This document shows positions 13,088 to 26,310 of a stretch of 64,000 bases of DNA, in pieces (positions within the stretch are counted from its first letter, which is position 1; each line of letters begins with the position of its first letter). The translations under genes and the position numbers were made by a program. The notes beneath the pieces are model-generated. The model searched no databases, had not been told where the DNA came from, and saw only the letters and a program-made list of their open reading frames with translations. Source of the DNA: Chiloscyllium plagiosum (lineage: Eukaryota); NCBI RefSeq assembly GCF_004010195.1, contig NC_057720.1:34716453-34780452 (forward strand), in the 5' to 3' direction.

Positions 13088-13230
13088 GAGTCAAGATTAG
13101 AGTTGTTATGGAAAGGCACAGCAGGTCAGGCAGCATCTGAGGAGCAGGAAAATCGATGTTTTGGGCAAAAGCCCTTCATCAGGAATGAGGCAAGGAGCCT
13201 CCGGGGTGGAGCGATAAATGGGAGGGGGTG
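13088..13230 (-). mobile_element. PLE terminal fragment (family A) with decayed hammerhead
   Basis: GCACAGCAGGTCAGGCAGCATC...GGGCAAAAGCCCTTCATCAGGAAT. Confidence 0.8.
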
Positions 13231-14169
13231 TCTTATGGTCTTATTTGTCATTTTTAAAAATATTGTGCACTTCTAGGATTTGCATGCATTCTTTCCCATG
13301 TGTCATTACCATTATTACATCTTTAGAAAGTTTTAGAACATAAATAAAGTTGGGAACTTGCTTGTGCACGTTTCAGCAAGGTCGTGAGCAATGATCTGAG
13401 AATTGAGCTTCAGAGGGAGTGGTTTCATTACCATGATCCCTGCTTATATGGAACAAAAATGAAAATTGTGTCTATGTTGTGGTAAAACCATTTATATAGT
13501 AGAGCAGCAGTGTTGGTTTATTTTGAGAAATTTTTGAATCTGTACAGTGCACTAGATTTAGATTTGTTACAAACAGAATTTTTTTGAGTGAGTGGCCACG
13601 GTGTTCATTTTTTTCTGTTCTGAAACTCAAATTAACTTTCTCTTTGCATTTTGACTCACCAATAGAAATTTTTTTTTTGCCTAATAATTGACAGATAAAT
13701 AAACAGTAAAGTCCATTGCTTCTGAAGTAATTGTGTTTTTTTCTTATCTTAAATTGTTTTTATCTTTAAATTGTACAGAAGGTGATGTAAGTTTGTTTTT
13801 TAAAAACTTGCTCAATTCAGTGTCAACATATAGCTAGCAACATGCTTGTATCTATAGCATTACTATCTACTTGACAAACTGAAAAATTATTCAGTCATGT
13901 GTTCTATTTAAAATAGCTAGGTGCTGAAGGATAGAACTGGAGTTTGATCATTATACTTATAAAGTTTCATTTACAAGACCCAGATATTCCAAACATATAT
14001 CTCCAAACCCAACCGCCATTGTTCTAGCCTGCTCTTATACATACGAGCACATGTGAAAGCTCAATCTTTTATATGAATGTAATTAAATATTCCACTTATA
14101 TACAACTTTCAGTATGTCCGTCCACAAGAAGTAAGATAAATCCAATTTGACTAATTACCATCACATCAT

Positions 14170-15825
14170 TCTACTCTCAAGCATCAACAAAGTGATGGGA
14201 AGTGTCATTCACACTGCTTTCACATTGTACAGGCTATTCCTCTGTAATCCAGCACTCTCTTGTCCTGTAATCTTTGTGATCTGACATAATCAGCTAGCAA
14301 GAATCTAGGTGAATTCCACTTTTCCAAAGAGCCAGCAATGTTTGCTGACTCTCAGAATTAAAGGGATCATCTATATTCTCTAAAATAACTCTTATCATCT
14401 CATGTTACGTTAAACAGTGCTCTTTTAACATGTTTAGAAACTCCTGTGCTGACCCGGATAGGGGGGTCTGCTGTGGTCTGGCAAGTCTTTGACCTGGCAA
14501 AGATCCGGTCCAAGTTTGCTAGATTACGAAGGTACAACCTGTACTTGCACTTACCAGCAATGTGCTCACTGAAGCTTAGTTTGGATTCTGTCAGGACATG
14601 TTAATTCCAGACATCATTGCAGTCTTGATAAAAAAAATGGAAAATGACTGAATTCTAGATTTGAAGGGAGTGACTGCACTTGACACCAACATAACAATTG
14701 ATTGAGTGTTGCATCAATCAACCCAAATAAAATTGAAGTTAATGGAAAAAATTGTCCACTGACTGGAAAAATACTTAATACAAAGGAAGAAATTTGCAGT
14801 TGTTGGAAGCTAATCATCTCAGACCCAAATATTTCTGCTGGAATGGCTGACAGCAACATCCTAGACCTGACCATATTCAGCAGTTTTTCCTTAATCACCT
14901 TCCTCCATCATAAAATCAGAAATGAGAATGTTTGCTGGGCAATACATAATTTCTAGCTCCCGACACAACACCTCAAGAAATGAGGCAGTCCATAACACAG
15001 TCAACAAAACGTGAACAATATTCAGGCTTGAACTGTTAAAGACTAATTAACATTTGTACCAGACAAGTGCCAGGCAAAGATCATTTTCAACATGAGAGAA
15101 TCAAACCATTTCCCCTTGTGACATTCAACAATAATTGAATTGTTGGATACTCTACATCCTGAGCATCACCATTGACCAAATACTTAATTGGACTAACCAC
15201 ATAAAATACCATGACTACAAGCAAAGGTCGTAGAGGAGATGTTCTGCAATGGATAACTCACCTTCTGACCCCAAAAACCCATTTGCCATCTACAATCGAA
15301 AGAAGAAACAGAAATGGGATAGAAAATTGGGATACTCCCCACAAATCTGGATAATCTGTTTCCAACAACACTCAAGAGGCTGGGCACTATCCAGGAAGCA
15401 GCACACTTATTTACCATTTGTTTTACCAGCTTATAACATTCATTTTTTCATCACCAACACATCATGGCTGCAGTGTGTACCATCTACAAAATACACTGCA
15501 GGAACTCTGCATGCTTTCTCCAAAGGTGCCTTTCAAATGCTTGACTCTGCAAAACTTGAAAATAAGGATGTCAGGTGCACGAAAATAGGATCATCTGCAA
15601 GTTTACTTTCAAATCACATGTTCCTGACTTGAAAATATATAATCACTCCTTTACTATTGTCAAGTGGAATTTCTGGAATTCCCTCCCTATCAACATTGTG
15701 GGTGTACCCAGACCAAATGGACTGCAGTCGATCAAGAAGATAGTTCACCATCATATTCTGATGGATGGGCAATAAATGCTATCCTTGTTGGTACATCCAC
15801 ATGCCATAGATGAATTTTTTTAAAA
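14170..15825 (+). mobile_element. Old CR1-clade LINE, heavily decayed
   Basis: Degenerate RT motifs; 3' end GGGCAATAAATGCT..CACATGCCA..GAAT shared with 33825-34890. Confidence 0.65.
14230..14541. mobile_element. Tigger/pogo-like MITE
   Basis: Imperfect TIRs CAGGCTATTCCTCTGTAATC / GATTACGAAGGTACAACCTG, each flanked by TA (14228-29, 14542-43); interrupts the old LINE. Confidence 0.6.
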
Positions 15826-16426
15826 GGTGTTGGCTGTGGCTGTTTGTGTTCTGAAACATTTTGTGTAGTGTTGTATAGCTGGCATTGTACATAGCCACTG
15901 AAATATACACTTGAGAAACACTGCAATACCTGTGCACATTGGAAAAATTAATTTGGAGTCTTTATTTTCATAGCACACAGTTTATGTGAATAAGAGAAGA
16001 GGTATTCTTTTGCTGTTAAGACTGTAAAAACATGGCTTATTTATTTGCTGATATTGGCCCTAGTTCTGAATCTTATGAGCCAGAAGGACAAGATTCAGTC
16101 ATCAAAGATAGCTGATGTTTTCACTAAACTTAACTGACAGATGTGTTAGTCATAGTACGCTTGATGGATTGATGAATATGAAAGCATAATAGAATTGAGG
16201 GAATATGCCAAATATAATACTAGTGGGTGTGTTCCTATATCACCTGCAGCATTAGGAACTAATTATTTTCACTGATCGCATTGATGTTGCAACATTTTTG
16301 GAACCCTCAGAGCTAGGATTATGGAATATTGTTTATGAATATGCAAGCTAAAAACAGTCATTCTATGTTCTGGCTGTGTAACTAAGTTCCATCATGTACT
16401 GAATTTCTTTATATTCATATTTTCAG

Positions 16427-16497
16427 CTCATTATATCTTTGAATGGTACATACAAACATTTCTTAAGGAAATTATCAATTTTGCTAACTATCTAAAG
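16427..16497 (+). CDS. Candidate coding exon (xHYIFEWYIQTFLKEIINFANYLK) of a putative KASH-family gene or pseudogene
   Basis: tattttcag acceptor, AAG|gtacaa donor, open frame phase 1 to 0, non-repeat context. Confidence 0.35.
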
Positions 16498-16787
16498 GTA
16501 CAAGGAGACGTTCAAAGCTTATAACCACCAGTAAAAATGAAAGCAAGTGTGTTTCTATTCAATGAGGACGTGTAAAAACATTATGTAACATGTTACCACA
16601 AGATAGTCATAAAACCTCTGGCTAAAAATCTTTTCTGCACCATGAGTAATAGGAATCAGTTTAAAATTGACTTGGTGGTAGGAACTGGATTTAGTTAAAA
16701 TTAGCTGAAAACCCAATTTATTCTGGTCATTTCTAATTTCAATCTGTAGGCTTTAGTGGGCAATGAATTGTCTGCCTTAAACTAATT

Positions 16788-18208
16788 AAGAAAGGTGGTG
16801 AGGACAAGCCAGGGAACTATAGACCAATGAGGTTGACTTTGATGGTGGGCAAGTTGTTGGAGGGAGTCCTGAGGGACAGGATGTACATGTATTTGGAAAG
16901 GCAAGGACTGATTAGTGATAGTCAACATGGTTTGTGCATGGAAATTCATGTCTCACAAACTTGATAGAGTTTTTTGAAGAAGTAACAAAGAGGATTGATG
17001 AGGGCAGAGCGGTGGACATGATCTATATGGACTTCAGCAAGGAATTCAACAAGGTTCCTCGTGGGAGACTGGTTAGCAAGGTTAGATCTCATGGGATACA
17101 GGGAAAACTAGCCATTTGGATACAGAACTGGCTCAAAGGTAGAAGGCAGAGGGTAGTGGTGGAAGGTTGTTTTCCAGACTGGAGGCCTGTCACCAGTGGA
17201 GTGCCACAAGGATCAGTGCTGGGTCCACTACTTTGCATCATTTATATCAATGATTTGGATGTGAGCATAACAGGTACAGTTAGTAAGTTTGCAGATGACA
17301 CCAAAATTGGAGGTGTAGTGGACATCAAAGAAGGTTACCTCCGATTACAACAGGATCTTGATCAGACAGGCCAATGGGCTGAGAAGTGGCAGATGGAGTT
17401 CAATTTAGATAAATGTGAGGTGCTGCATTTTGGGAAAACAAATCTTAGCAGGACCTTTACACTTAATGATAAGGTCCCAGGGAGTGTTGCTGATCAAAGA
17501 GATCGTGGAGTACGGGTTCATAGCTCCTTGAAAGTAGAATCGCATTTAGATAGGATAGTGAAGAAGGTGTTTGGTATGCTTTCCTTTATTGGTCAGAGTA
17601 TTGAGTACAGGAGCTGGGAGGTCATGTTGCGGCTGTGCAGGACATTGGTCAGGCCACTTTTAGAATATTGCATGCAATTCTGGTCTCCTTCCTATTGGAA
17701 GGATGTTGTGAAACTTGAAAGGGTTCAGCAAAGATTTACCAGGATGTTGCCAGAGTTGGAAGATTTGAGCTATTGGGAGAGGTTGAATAGGCTGGAGCTG
17801 TTTTCCCTGGAGCATCAGAGGCTGAGGGATGACCTTTTGAGGTTTATAAAATCATGAGGGGCATGGTTAGGATAAATAGACAAAGTCTTTTCCCTGGGGT
17901 GGGGGAGTCCAGAACTAGAGGACATAGGTTTAGGGTGAGACAGGAAAGATATAAAAGAGACCTAAGGGGCAACCTTTTCACACAGAGGGTGATACATGTA
18001 TGGAATGAGCTGCCAGAGGAATTGGTGGAGGCTAATACAATTGCAACATTTAAAAGGCATCTGGATGGGTATATGAATAGGAAGGGTTTGAAGGGATATG
18101 GGCTGGCTGCTGACAGGTGGGACTAGATTGGGTTGGGATATCTGGGTCGGCATAGATGAGTTGGACCGAATGGTCTGGTTCCGTGTTGTATTATTCTATG
18201 ACTCTATA
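16788..18208 (+). mobile_element. Young 5'-truncated CR1 LINE with nearly intact RT domain
   Basis: 307-aa ORF 16934-17857 (SGVPQGSVLGP, YINDL, KFADD) continued after a frameshift by 17854-18126; (ATGACTCT) tail. Confidence 0.96.
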
Positions 18209-18419
18209 ATTGCGCAGAGACCAGTAACCCATCACCAAGTCACCCTTTATTTGGTCGAGCACAGTAGGTGGACTCTGACTCAGTGCCAGTCCCTAGAGTG
18301 AGGAGACTCTGTAACTTCTGTTTATATCAGCGAGGGCTTCTTGGTTGGCCTCGGTTCACAATCCTAATCATTTCATATTCAATAGAATCCACATGACGAT
18401 CCTCATGCCAATCACTACA
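18207..18419 (-). mobile_element. Probable short solo LTR
   Basis: Minus strand starts TGTAGTGATTGG, then TATAAA followed by AATAAA. Confidence 0.45.
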
Positions 18420-19211
18420 TACCTAAAGCAGGCATGAGCATGATGAATCTTTGTCACTGGATTTCAATATTATTTGAATTGAAACTTGGAAAAGAAAGAC
18501 ACTGTGAAATTCCTGCCTGACTGAAGCAGGGTTAACTGCAAGAAAGTGGTGATCACTTTAGCCTTAGAATCCTTGCTTTTAATCTGATGAGACCCTTATT
18601 CCTTCATAAAGAGACAACAATTCAGGTTCAGCCTCATTAATGTCCTGTGTATTTGTTGCTGTATCAATATGTTCACTTTCTGTATCGACATGTTCACTTC
18701 AGATACAGGGGCACCTGGGTCCCACTGCATGCAAACATCTTCAAGTCTTTTACCATTCAAAAAAATCATTGTTCTTTTTCCTATTGAAGAAAATCATATA
18801 AAATCATATATAAATGATTTGGACATGAACATAAGAGATATGGTTAGTAAGTTTGCAGATAACAGCAAAATCGGTGGTGTAGTGTACAGCAAAGAAGATT
18901 ACATTAGAGTATAATTAGACCTTCTCTCTATTCTTCTATATGCATTGCTGAAATACACTATTTTACAGTTGGTGGATCTTTCAATAATTTAATTGTTTCA
19001 ACAAATTATTTCTTGTTTCAATTAAATGCCACCTGTATGGTTCTGAAGGACTATTAAAATTTGATGAAACAAAGATGATAACAAGAACAGAAACCCAATG
19101 ACTAAAGAGGGAGCAATAAGAAGGTTGCACAGCACAGCAGCAACTTGGTAGATTGTCTATCGATTTAACTTGCATATAACCCATAAAGAGGAAAAATTAT
19201 TACCTGTTTTC

Positions 19212-19390
19212 CATGTGTGGAAGTGCCGGTGTTGGACTGGGGAAAACAAAGTCAGAAGTCACATAACACCAGGTTATAGTCCAGCAGGTTTATTTGAAAT
19301 CACATGCTTCTTCACCTGACAAAGAGGCAATGCCCCTAAAGTTTATGAAAACCTGTTGGGCTTTAACCTGGTGTTGTTGGACTTCTGACT
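19212..19390. mobile_element. Palindromic PLE mini-element (family C) with 12-bp TSD
   Basis: TTACCTGTTTTC at 19200-19211 and 19391-19402; inverted arms AGTCAGAAGTC..AACACCAGGTT / AACCTGGTGTT..GACTTCTGACT. Confidence 0.8.
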
Positions 19391-20580
19391 TTACCTGTTT
19401 TCAGCATGGCATCTAATTTGGAGCTGTTAGTTCATATGACCTGTAAGTTGGTGGTTTTCTAGCCCCTGTTAAATGTACTGCAGTATCAGTGCTATTAGAT
19501 GTCTAATCAAGACCACTCAAAGACCAACACGTGGGCTAGTGGCCTTGACATACCTAAATCTGGAAGTCATGTTCAATATGTGACATGGGTAATTTTGAAA
19601 AAGGCAAATAAAGGTACTCCTGTTTCGAGCAGTAACTGTGTCTGGTAGAACTCACAAATGTTTGAGGCTGCAGAATGCAGCACGTTTTGATCACAGATGA
19701 TTGGAAATAGGATCCAACAGCATATGTGAGACTTGCTCTTGTTGGAAGTTGCACTGGCAACTTGTTGGAAGTTGCACTGGCATTATTACTCACTCACTCA
19801 AAATTTTGTTGAAGGATGTGACTGGTTTAAGCTTTAGGATTAAAGGAAAATATCAACAGAATTAAAGTCTGTACTAGCCAATAATATGCTGCAGATGGAT
19901 TTATTCATGCAGAGAGAGACTTCCACCCTTCAATATGGAGCAATTTCCAACCTCTAGAACTGCCAGTCAATCAGATTGGCAACTCCAACAACCCTGCTAA
20001 CTCTTAGGTTCACATCCAAACCGTTTATATAAATGATGAAAAGCAGTGGACCCAGAACCAACCCTTGTAGCACACCGCTGGTTACAGACCTCTAGTTCTG
20101 AAAAGCACCAGTCCTTCTCAAAGACAGTACCCTCGTTTCCTTCCTATCCTTTTAAAACAGGCTGCCACACCAATCTATCTGTCCACACTGACAATATGAT
20201 TGGGTGGTCAGGGTGATGTTTGGCTCACTTCAGCCAGGAACAAGTTCAATGGATCCTTAATTAGTTATTTAAATATGGCAGGAGAGCAGTTGATTTCAGC
20301 GCCTGCCCTTTAGTCCACAGGACTACGTGGGAAGCTGTGTGGGAAGTTCATGGCTTGTGCAGTACTTTACAAACCCCCAGCCATAACAAGCCACAGTCAA
20401 AATTTGAATTCCAGCTCCAAGACTTTTTAATACATAATAAACATGTTATTTTCATAGATAATTTATTACCTTTTTGTGTTACTTTAACTGTATTCACTTT
20501 CATCTCTGTTTGAACGTGTTTTTTGAAAAATTATAAACGTTTGTATTCAAACCCTACAATCCCATTTTGCCTGTAGCTAG

Positions 20581-20664
20581 GATTTCTTAGGTCAGACCAA
20601 TGGTGCTTCTATCCATAAAGATAGGGGAATAGCTCCCGCAGGCAATCGGAAAACAGTTGGAAAT
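20581..20664 (+). CDS. Candidate coding exon (DFLGQTNGASIHKDRGIAPAGNRKTVGN)
   Basis: ttttgcctgtagctag acceptor, 84-nt phase 0-0 open frame, weak donor gtattt (alternative in-frame gtactt at 20674). Confidence 0.25.
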
Positions 20665-20804
20665 GTATTTCACGTACTTTGTTTTTCCTTATTTTCACTC
20701 CTGGACATGCATTTTCTATTTTACACAGTCCATCATCCCCCTGCTTGGCACATTTTGACTCACAAACAAGTTTGACAGTTCCATGCCTTTTTAGTTTTGG
20801 AGTC

Positions 20805-21205
20805 AAGGCATCATCCAAGAAGCAGGAGAATCGATGTTTCAGGCATAAGCCCTTCATCAGAAATTAGGCTTGTGGGCTAAGGGGGCTGAGAGATGAACGG
20901 GAGGTGGGGTAGGGTGGGGCTTGAGGGGGAAGGTAGGGGGGTAGCTGGGAATGCGATAGGTGGGTGTAGATGGGGGTGAAAGTGATAGGTCGGAGCGGAG
21001 GGTGGAGTGGATAGGTGGGAAGGGAGATGGACAGATAGGACAGTTCAAGACGGCAGTGCCAAGTTGGAAGATTGGAACTGGGATAAGCTGGGGGGAGGGG
21101 AAGTGAGGAAACTGGTGAAATCCATATTGATTTCATGTGGTTGGAGGGTCCAAAGGCAGAAGATGAGGAGTTCTTCCTCCAGATGTTGGGTGGTTAGGGT
21201 TTGGG
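20805..21205 (-). mobile_element. PLE 3' fragment (GIY-YIG C-terminus plus hammerhead region)
   Basis: TTQHLEEELLIFCLWTLQPHEINMDFTSF; CTGATGAAGGGCTTATGCCTGAAAC on the minus strand. Confidence 0.85.
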
Positions 21206-21465
21206 CAGTACCTGTGCTTTTTGCCTTCTCTGGGGTCTTGGGAGCCGAAGCACTTAAGAAATATGTGAACTCAGATGTTTCCTTTCTAGAACGAAAGAAT
21301 GAAAAATGTTCCACCTTGCTTGATGCATCTGTTGCTGTCTGAAGGATGCTGAATGATTACAAAGCTCCCAGTGACAGTTTACAAAGATATGCTGGGATCA
21401 TGTTTAATGTACACCCATGTGACAAATAGCATCCTTTCGGAGAGTCAGACTCCAATACAAAAAAG

Positions 21466-22044
21466 GAGAAAGTGAGAAATGTAGATGCTGAAGATCAGAG
21501 TCAGAGACAGTGGTGCTGGAAACTCACAGCGGGTCAGGCAGCATCCAAGGAACAGGAGAATCGATGTTTCGGGCATAAGCCCTTCATCAGGAATGAGGCT
21601 TGTGGGCCAAGGGGCTGAGAGATAAATGGGAGATGGGGTGGGGCTGGGGAGGGAGCAGGTAGCTGGAAATGCGATAGGTGGATGAAGGTGTGGGTGAAAG
21701 TGACAGGTCAGGGCAGAGGGTGGAGCAGATAGTTGGGAAGGAAGATAGACAGGTAGGACAGTTCAAGATGGTGGTGCTGAGTTGGAAGGTTGGAACTGAG
21801 TTGATGTGTGGGTAGGAGAAATGAGGAAACTGGTGAAATCCAGTATGGTTGGAGGGTTCCAAGTCGGAAGATGAGGCGTTCTTCCTCCAGGTGTCTGGTG
21901 GTTAGGGTTTGGCGATGGTGTCCTAGAGATGTTCTCTGAATCGATCTGTAACTTGCAGGCACCCGCACTAAACAACCCCACCGCCCTACGGCTGAACAGT
22001 TTAACTCAATCTCCCAGTCCACCAAGGACATGCTGGTCCTGGGC
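21466..22044 (-). mobile_element. PLE 3' fragment with internally inverted segment
   Basis: TTRHLEEERLIFRLGTLQP on the minus strand; 21958-22044 is the missing internal segment in + orientation. Confidence 0.8.
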
Positions 22045-22942
22045 CTCCTCCATCACCAAACCCTATAATGTGGTGACCAGAACTGCACATAATACTCCAA
22101 GTGCAGCCATACCAGAGTTTTGTACAGCTGCAGCATGACCTCGTGGTTCAGAAACTCAACCCATCTACTAATAAAAGCTAACACACAGTCTGCCTTCTTA
22201 AAAGCCCAATCAACCTGGGTGGCAACTATGAGAGATCTATGTACATGGACACTGAAATCTACACTATCAAGAATCTTACCATTTGCCCAGTACTCTGCAT
22301 TCCTGTTACTCCTTCCAAAGTGAATCACCTCACACTTTCCTGCATTGAAATCCATTTGCAACCTCTCAACTCAGCTCTGCAGCTTATCTATGTCCCTCTG
22401 TAACCTATAACATCCTTCTGTACTATCTACAACTGTACAGACCTTAGTGTCATCCACAAATTTACTAACTCATCCTTCTATGCCCTCATCCAGGTTGTTT
22501 GTAAAAATGGCAAACAGCAGTGGATCCTAAACATATCCTTGCAGTACACTACTAGCAACTGAATTCCAGGATGAACATTTCCGATCAACCACCACCCTCT
22601 GTCTTCTTTCAGCTAGCTAATTTCTGATCCAAACCACTAAATCACTCTCCATTCCATGCCTGTGTAATTTGTACAGTAGCCTACCATGGGGAACTTTATC
22701 AAATGCCTTACTGAAACCCAAATATACCACATCAATGACTTTACCCTCATCCACCTGCTTGGTCACCTTCTCAAAGAACTCAATAAGGTTTGTGAGGCAT
22801 GACCTACCCTTCACGAAACCGTGTTGACTATCCCTAATCAACTTATGCTTAGCAAGATGATTATAAATCCTATCTCTTATAACCTTTTCTAACCCTTTAC
22901 CCACGACCGAAATAAGGCTTACTGGTCTATAATTACCAGGGT
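22045..22942 (-). mobile_element. CR1 ORF2 RT fragment
   Basis: SQHGFVKGRSCLTNLIEFFE...FSKAFDKVPH; KCEVIHFG...LEYYVQFWSP. Confidence 0.92.
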
Positions 22943-24607
22943 TTATGGGGCTTTATGAAATGGAATTACCTGTCTCTTTCCCATGTTAGCTTGGTACCTT
23001 TTTGAGTTGGCAGATGCCTGGGTTTGAGTCGAATGCAGGAGACAGTCCTATTTTAGCAGGAAAGGTGGAACCCAGAGCCACACCTTGCCATCAATGGCCA
23101 ATCAAATAACTATTACCTGGCCAAAAGCTGCTGGCTCAATCATTGAATATCCCAGAGAACTCTAAAAAAAGGTTGGTACCATGTAAACCTGCCAAATTGG
23201 ATTCATAAATCAAAGCATTCAATCTTTCATAGAAATGTTCGGATGCCCTTATATCTTTACTGCCCGTCTTTCATGTGTCTTTACATGATCTAATGATGCT
23301 TTGTTGTAATGATCCTATGGTTCAGACACTGGGTGACTTCTCTTTGTGCTGCAATGAAAACTGAGACATTGGTAACTTCTTTTTTTTTTGAAAGCTGTCA
23401 CTTTCCATAAGCCTCCAGTTTGTCTCCCACAGGTGTATGAGTATTAAGTAATTAATTTTCATAACCCCTGAGAAGTGGAATAACATCAAAGAATGTTGCA
23501 GGCCCACAGTGATCAAAGTGAACCAGGATCTCACCTAGATTGGGAAGGATCCAGGATTTCCATGTGCTTCACCATCACACAACATTGCCAAATTGAAACA
23601 AAGAGCTTTTCAGCAGAAAATATTCCGTACAAGTACAACAGTTCACACTAAAACTGCAATCGAACTTATGGGCTGCATGTTGTTGCTGCACTCACAAAAC
23701 TTAGACTGACAGCATGAGGAAAAGTGAAGAGTCTTTCAGTGACATAGAGTCTCCCCAAGCTGTTCAGCTTGAGCTAAGTTGTACAATGTTCTGGAGGGGT
23801 CACATGGTAAGTTATATCTACTAGTGATGAACTTTAGCATTGACATGCTCCAGCATCAGGGGCAGATTTTAATATTCCTCTCAGGAAAGGTTGGTAGGTG
23901 AGGTAGGTAGGGGTATGAAGTGAACATAAGATCATGGACACTGTTTAGAGCACTTATACTTGTGCCTCATTTTAATTTCCTCCAGTCCCAAAATCTTTCA
24001 AGATATCTATGTCCCCCTAATATTGGCCTTTTGAAAATTCAGAAATTCACCATTGTTTTCAGGTGTCTGGACCAGCTCTGAAAGTCACTCCATTACACAA
24101 AGTTTTTCTCGATTTTCTTCTTCAAGATAATCCTTAAAGTCTACCTCTTTTGGAAAGTTTTTGGTTATCTCATGTGTCTCCTGATGTGGGTCACTGTTTA
24201 AAAATGCTGGTTGGGAGTTTAATTACATTAAATGCACTCTTTAAAGATAAGGTGCTGGTATTGATTTAACTGGAAGAAATAAGAAGGTATAACATCATGG
24301 TCAATGCTGCCTTGTCTTCATTTATACCTTCTGCACAGCCTAGGTGAGGAGGTGCTGATATCCCTTGGTGAAGTGGATCCTTAGCTGTCAGAACAAACTG
24401 ACCAAATATTATGCATCTATAGCCACTAAGTTGGGAATCAGCTACTTGTGGGTATGTGTAAAGTACCCATGAACAAGGGATGAAATGACTTTTAAAAAGG
24501 TTGCTCGGTTTTTAGTCAGAAAGGGTGGGAATACTTATAGACACAAGCAAGAAACATAAGGAAAGTTAAATTTAGATTTTTGAATGAAACTGGTCTATCC
24601 TGGCTGT

Positions 24608-24715
24608 AACCCTCCTCTCTGACCTATCACCACCATCCCCACCCCCATTCACCTATTGTACTCTTTGCTACCTCCACCCATCCTCCTCTCTGACCTATCA
24701 CCTCCATCCACAGCC
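24608..24715 (+). repeat. Pyrimidine-rich PLE 3'-region piece with internal direct repeat
   Basis: CCTCCTCTCTGACCTATCACC occurs twice about 71 nt apart; same sequence as 29809-29870. Confidence 0.65.
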
Positions 24716-24719
24716 CTCC

Positions 24720-26100
24720 ATGATAGAGAATTCTGAAGGTTCACAATCCTCTGAGTAAGAAAATGTTCTCCTCAGCTCGGACTTAACAGAGATACCCTTA
24801 TTTTAAAATGTGCTCCCTAGTTCTAGACTCTTCAACCAGAGGAAACATCTTACTTGCATTTGCCTTCTCTGCCCCTTTAAGTATTTTGTAAGTTTCAAGG
24901 GACTCATTTGTCTTTCTTTGAAACTTACTTGGGAACAATTCTGGTGAAACTTTGCTCCGTTCCTTCTATGATGATCATCTCTTTCCTGTGAAAGAAGACC
25001 AATGCTGTGCACAATCCTCCAGGAGCAGTCTAAACAAGCTCCGATATAATTGAAGCGAGACTTCATTATTCCTGTATTCATAGCAACTTGCAATAAAGTG
25101 TGGCATTTACCTAGCCAGCCTAATAGCTTGCTACACTTGTAAGTAAGCCTTTAGTGACTTTACGACGAGAACGCCTAGGCCCTATGGCTGGCATGGTGGC
25201 TCAGTGGTTAGCCCTGCTGCCTCACAGCACCAGGGTCCAAGTTCAATTCCAGCTTCAGGTGACTGTCTGTGTGGCGTTTGCACATTCTCCCCATGTCTGC
25301 ATGGGTTTCCTCTGGGTGCTCCGGTTTCCTCCCACCATCTAAAGATGTGCAGGTCAGGTGAATTGGCCATGCTAAATTGCCCGTAGTGTTAGGTACATTA
25401 GTCAGAGGGAAATGGGTCTGGGTGGATTACTCCTTGGATGGTCAGTGTGGCCTGGTTGGGCCAAAGGGCCTGTTTCCACACTGTAGGTAATCTAATCAGG
25501 TCCCTTTATACATCTACATTTTTTAATTCGTACCATTTAAAAAATACTCTGCATATCTATTTCTCCTATCAAAGTGGATGACCTCAGATCTTTCCATTAA
25601 ATGCCATTTGTCATGAGCTTGCCCATTCACTAGGCCTGTCCAAATGTTTCCAAAGACACTTTAAACCTTCCTTACAACATGCATTTCCATTTAGCTTTGT
25701 CTCATCAGAAAAATCAGAAATATTACATTTGGTCCCCTTCTTCAAAACACAGTTTATATATTGTGGATAGTTGAGATGCAAGTAGTCATCCTTGTGGCAC
25801 CCCATAGCTTTTCAACATGAGAACATGGCATTTATTCCTACTCTCTGTTTTCTGTCTGTTCGCAAATCATTAATCCATACGTGTTCATTATGTCCTATTC
25901 TATATGCTTTGACTTTCCAACCAGGCTGCTTTGGTGCATCCATCATTGCTCCTTTATCAACTTTGCAAATTATATCTTTAAAAAAGCTCCAACAAATTTT
26001 TCAAACATAATTTCCCATTTGCAAATCCATGTTGACCATAACCAACCAGATCACTATTCTCAAAACCTCTCTTACAACATTTTCTTGTGTTTCCACTGAT
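24720..26100 (-). mobile_element. Decayed CR1 ORF2, split by a SINE
   Basis: Degenerate FSDETKL...EW and HFD motifs; 3' region 24720-24900 similar to other CR1 tails. Confidence 0.7.
25187..25497 (+). mobile_element. HE1/V-SINE-type SINE
   Basis: A/B boxes, V-domain, AATCTAATC tail. Confidence 0.92.
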
Positions 26101-26310
26101 CAGAGTTGCAAATGAGGGTTGCCTGGAAGTTGTATGTAATAGGTTGAATCATAACTCTTTTTAGTGAATTTCAAGTGATGTTGGGATTTTTGGAAGGATG
26201 TCTGCTGCGATTCTAGCCAGTTTTCCAGTCCTATTATACCAAACGCACCATATTAACTGCCTACCCCATCCCTCATGTCTGATTCTGGCCCCATCTTACC
26301 GTGTACAATT

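Noticed and set aside
19738..19782. 23-bp direct repeat CTTGTTGGAAGTTGCACTGGCA(A) x2
   Set aside because: Simple tandem duplication with no spacers; not CRISPR.
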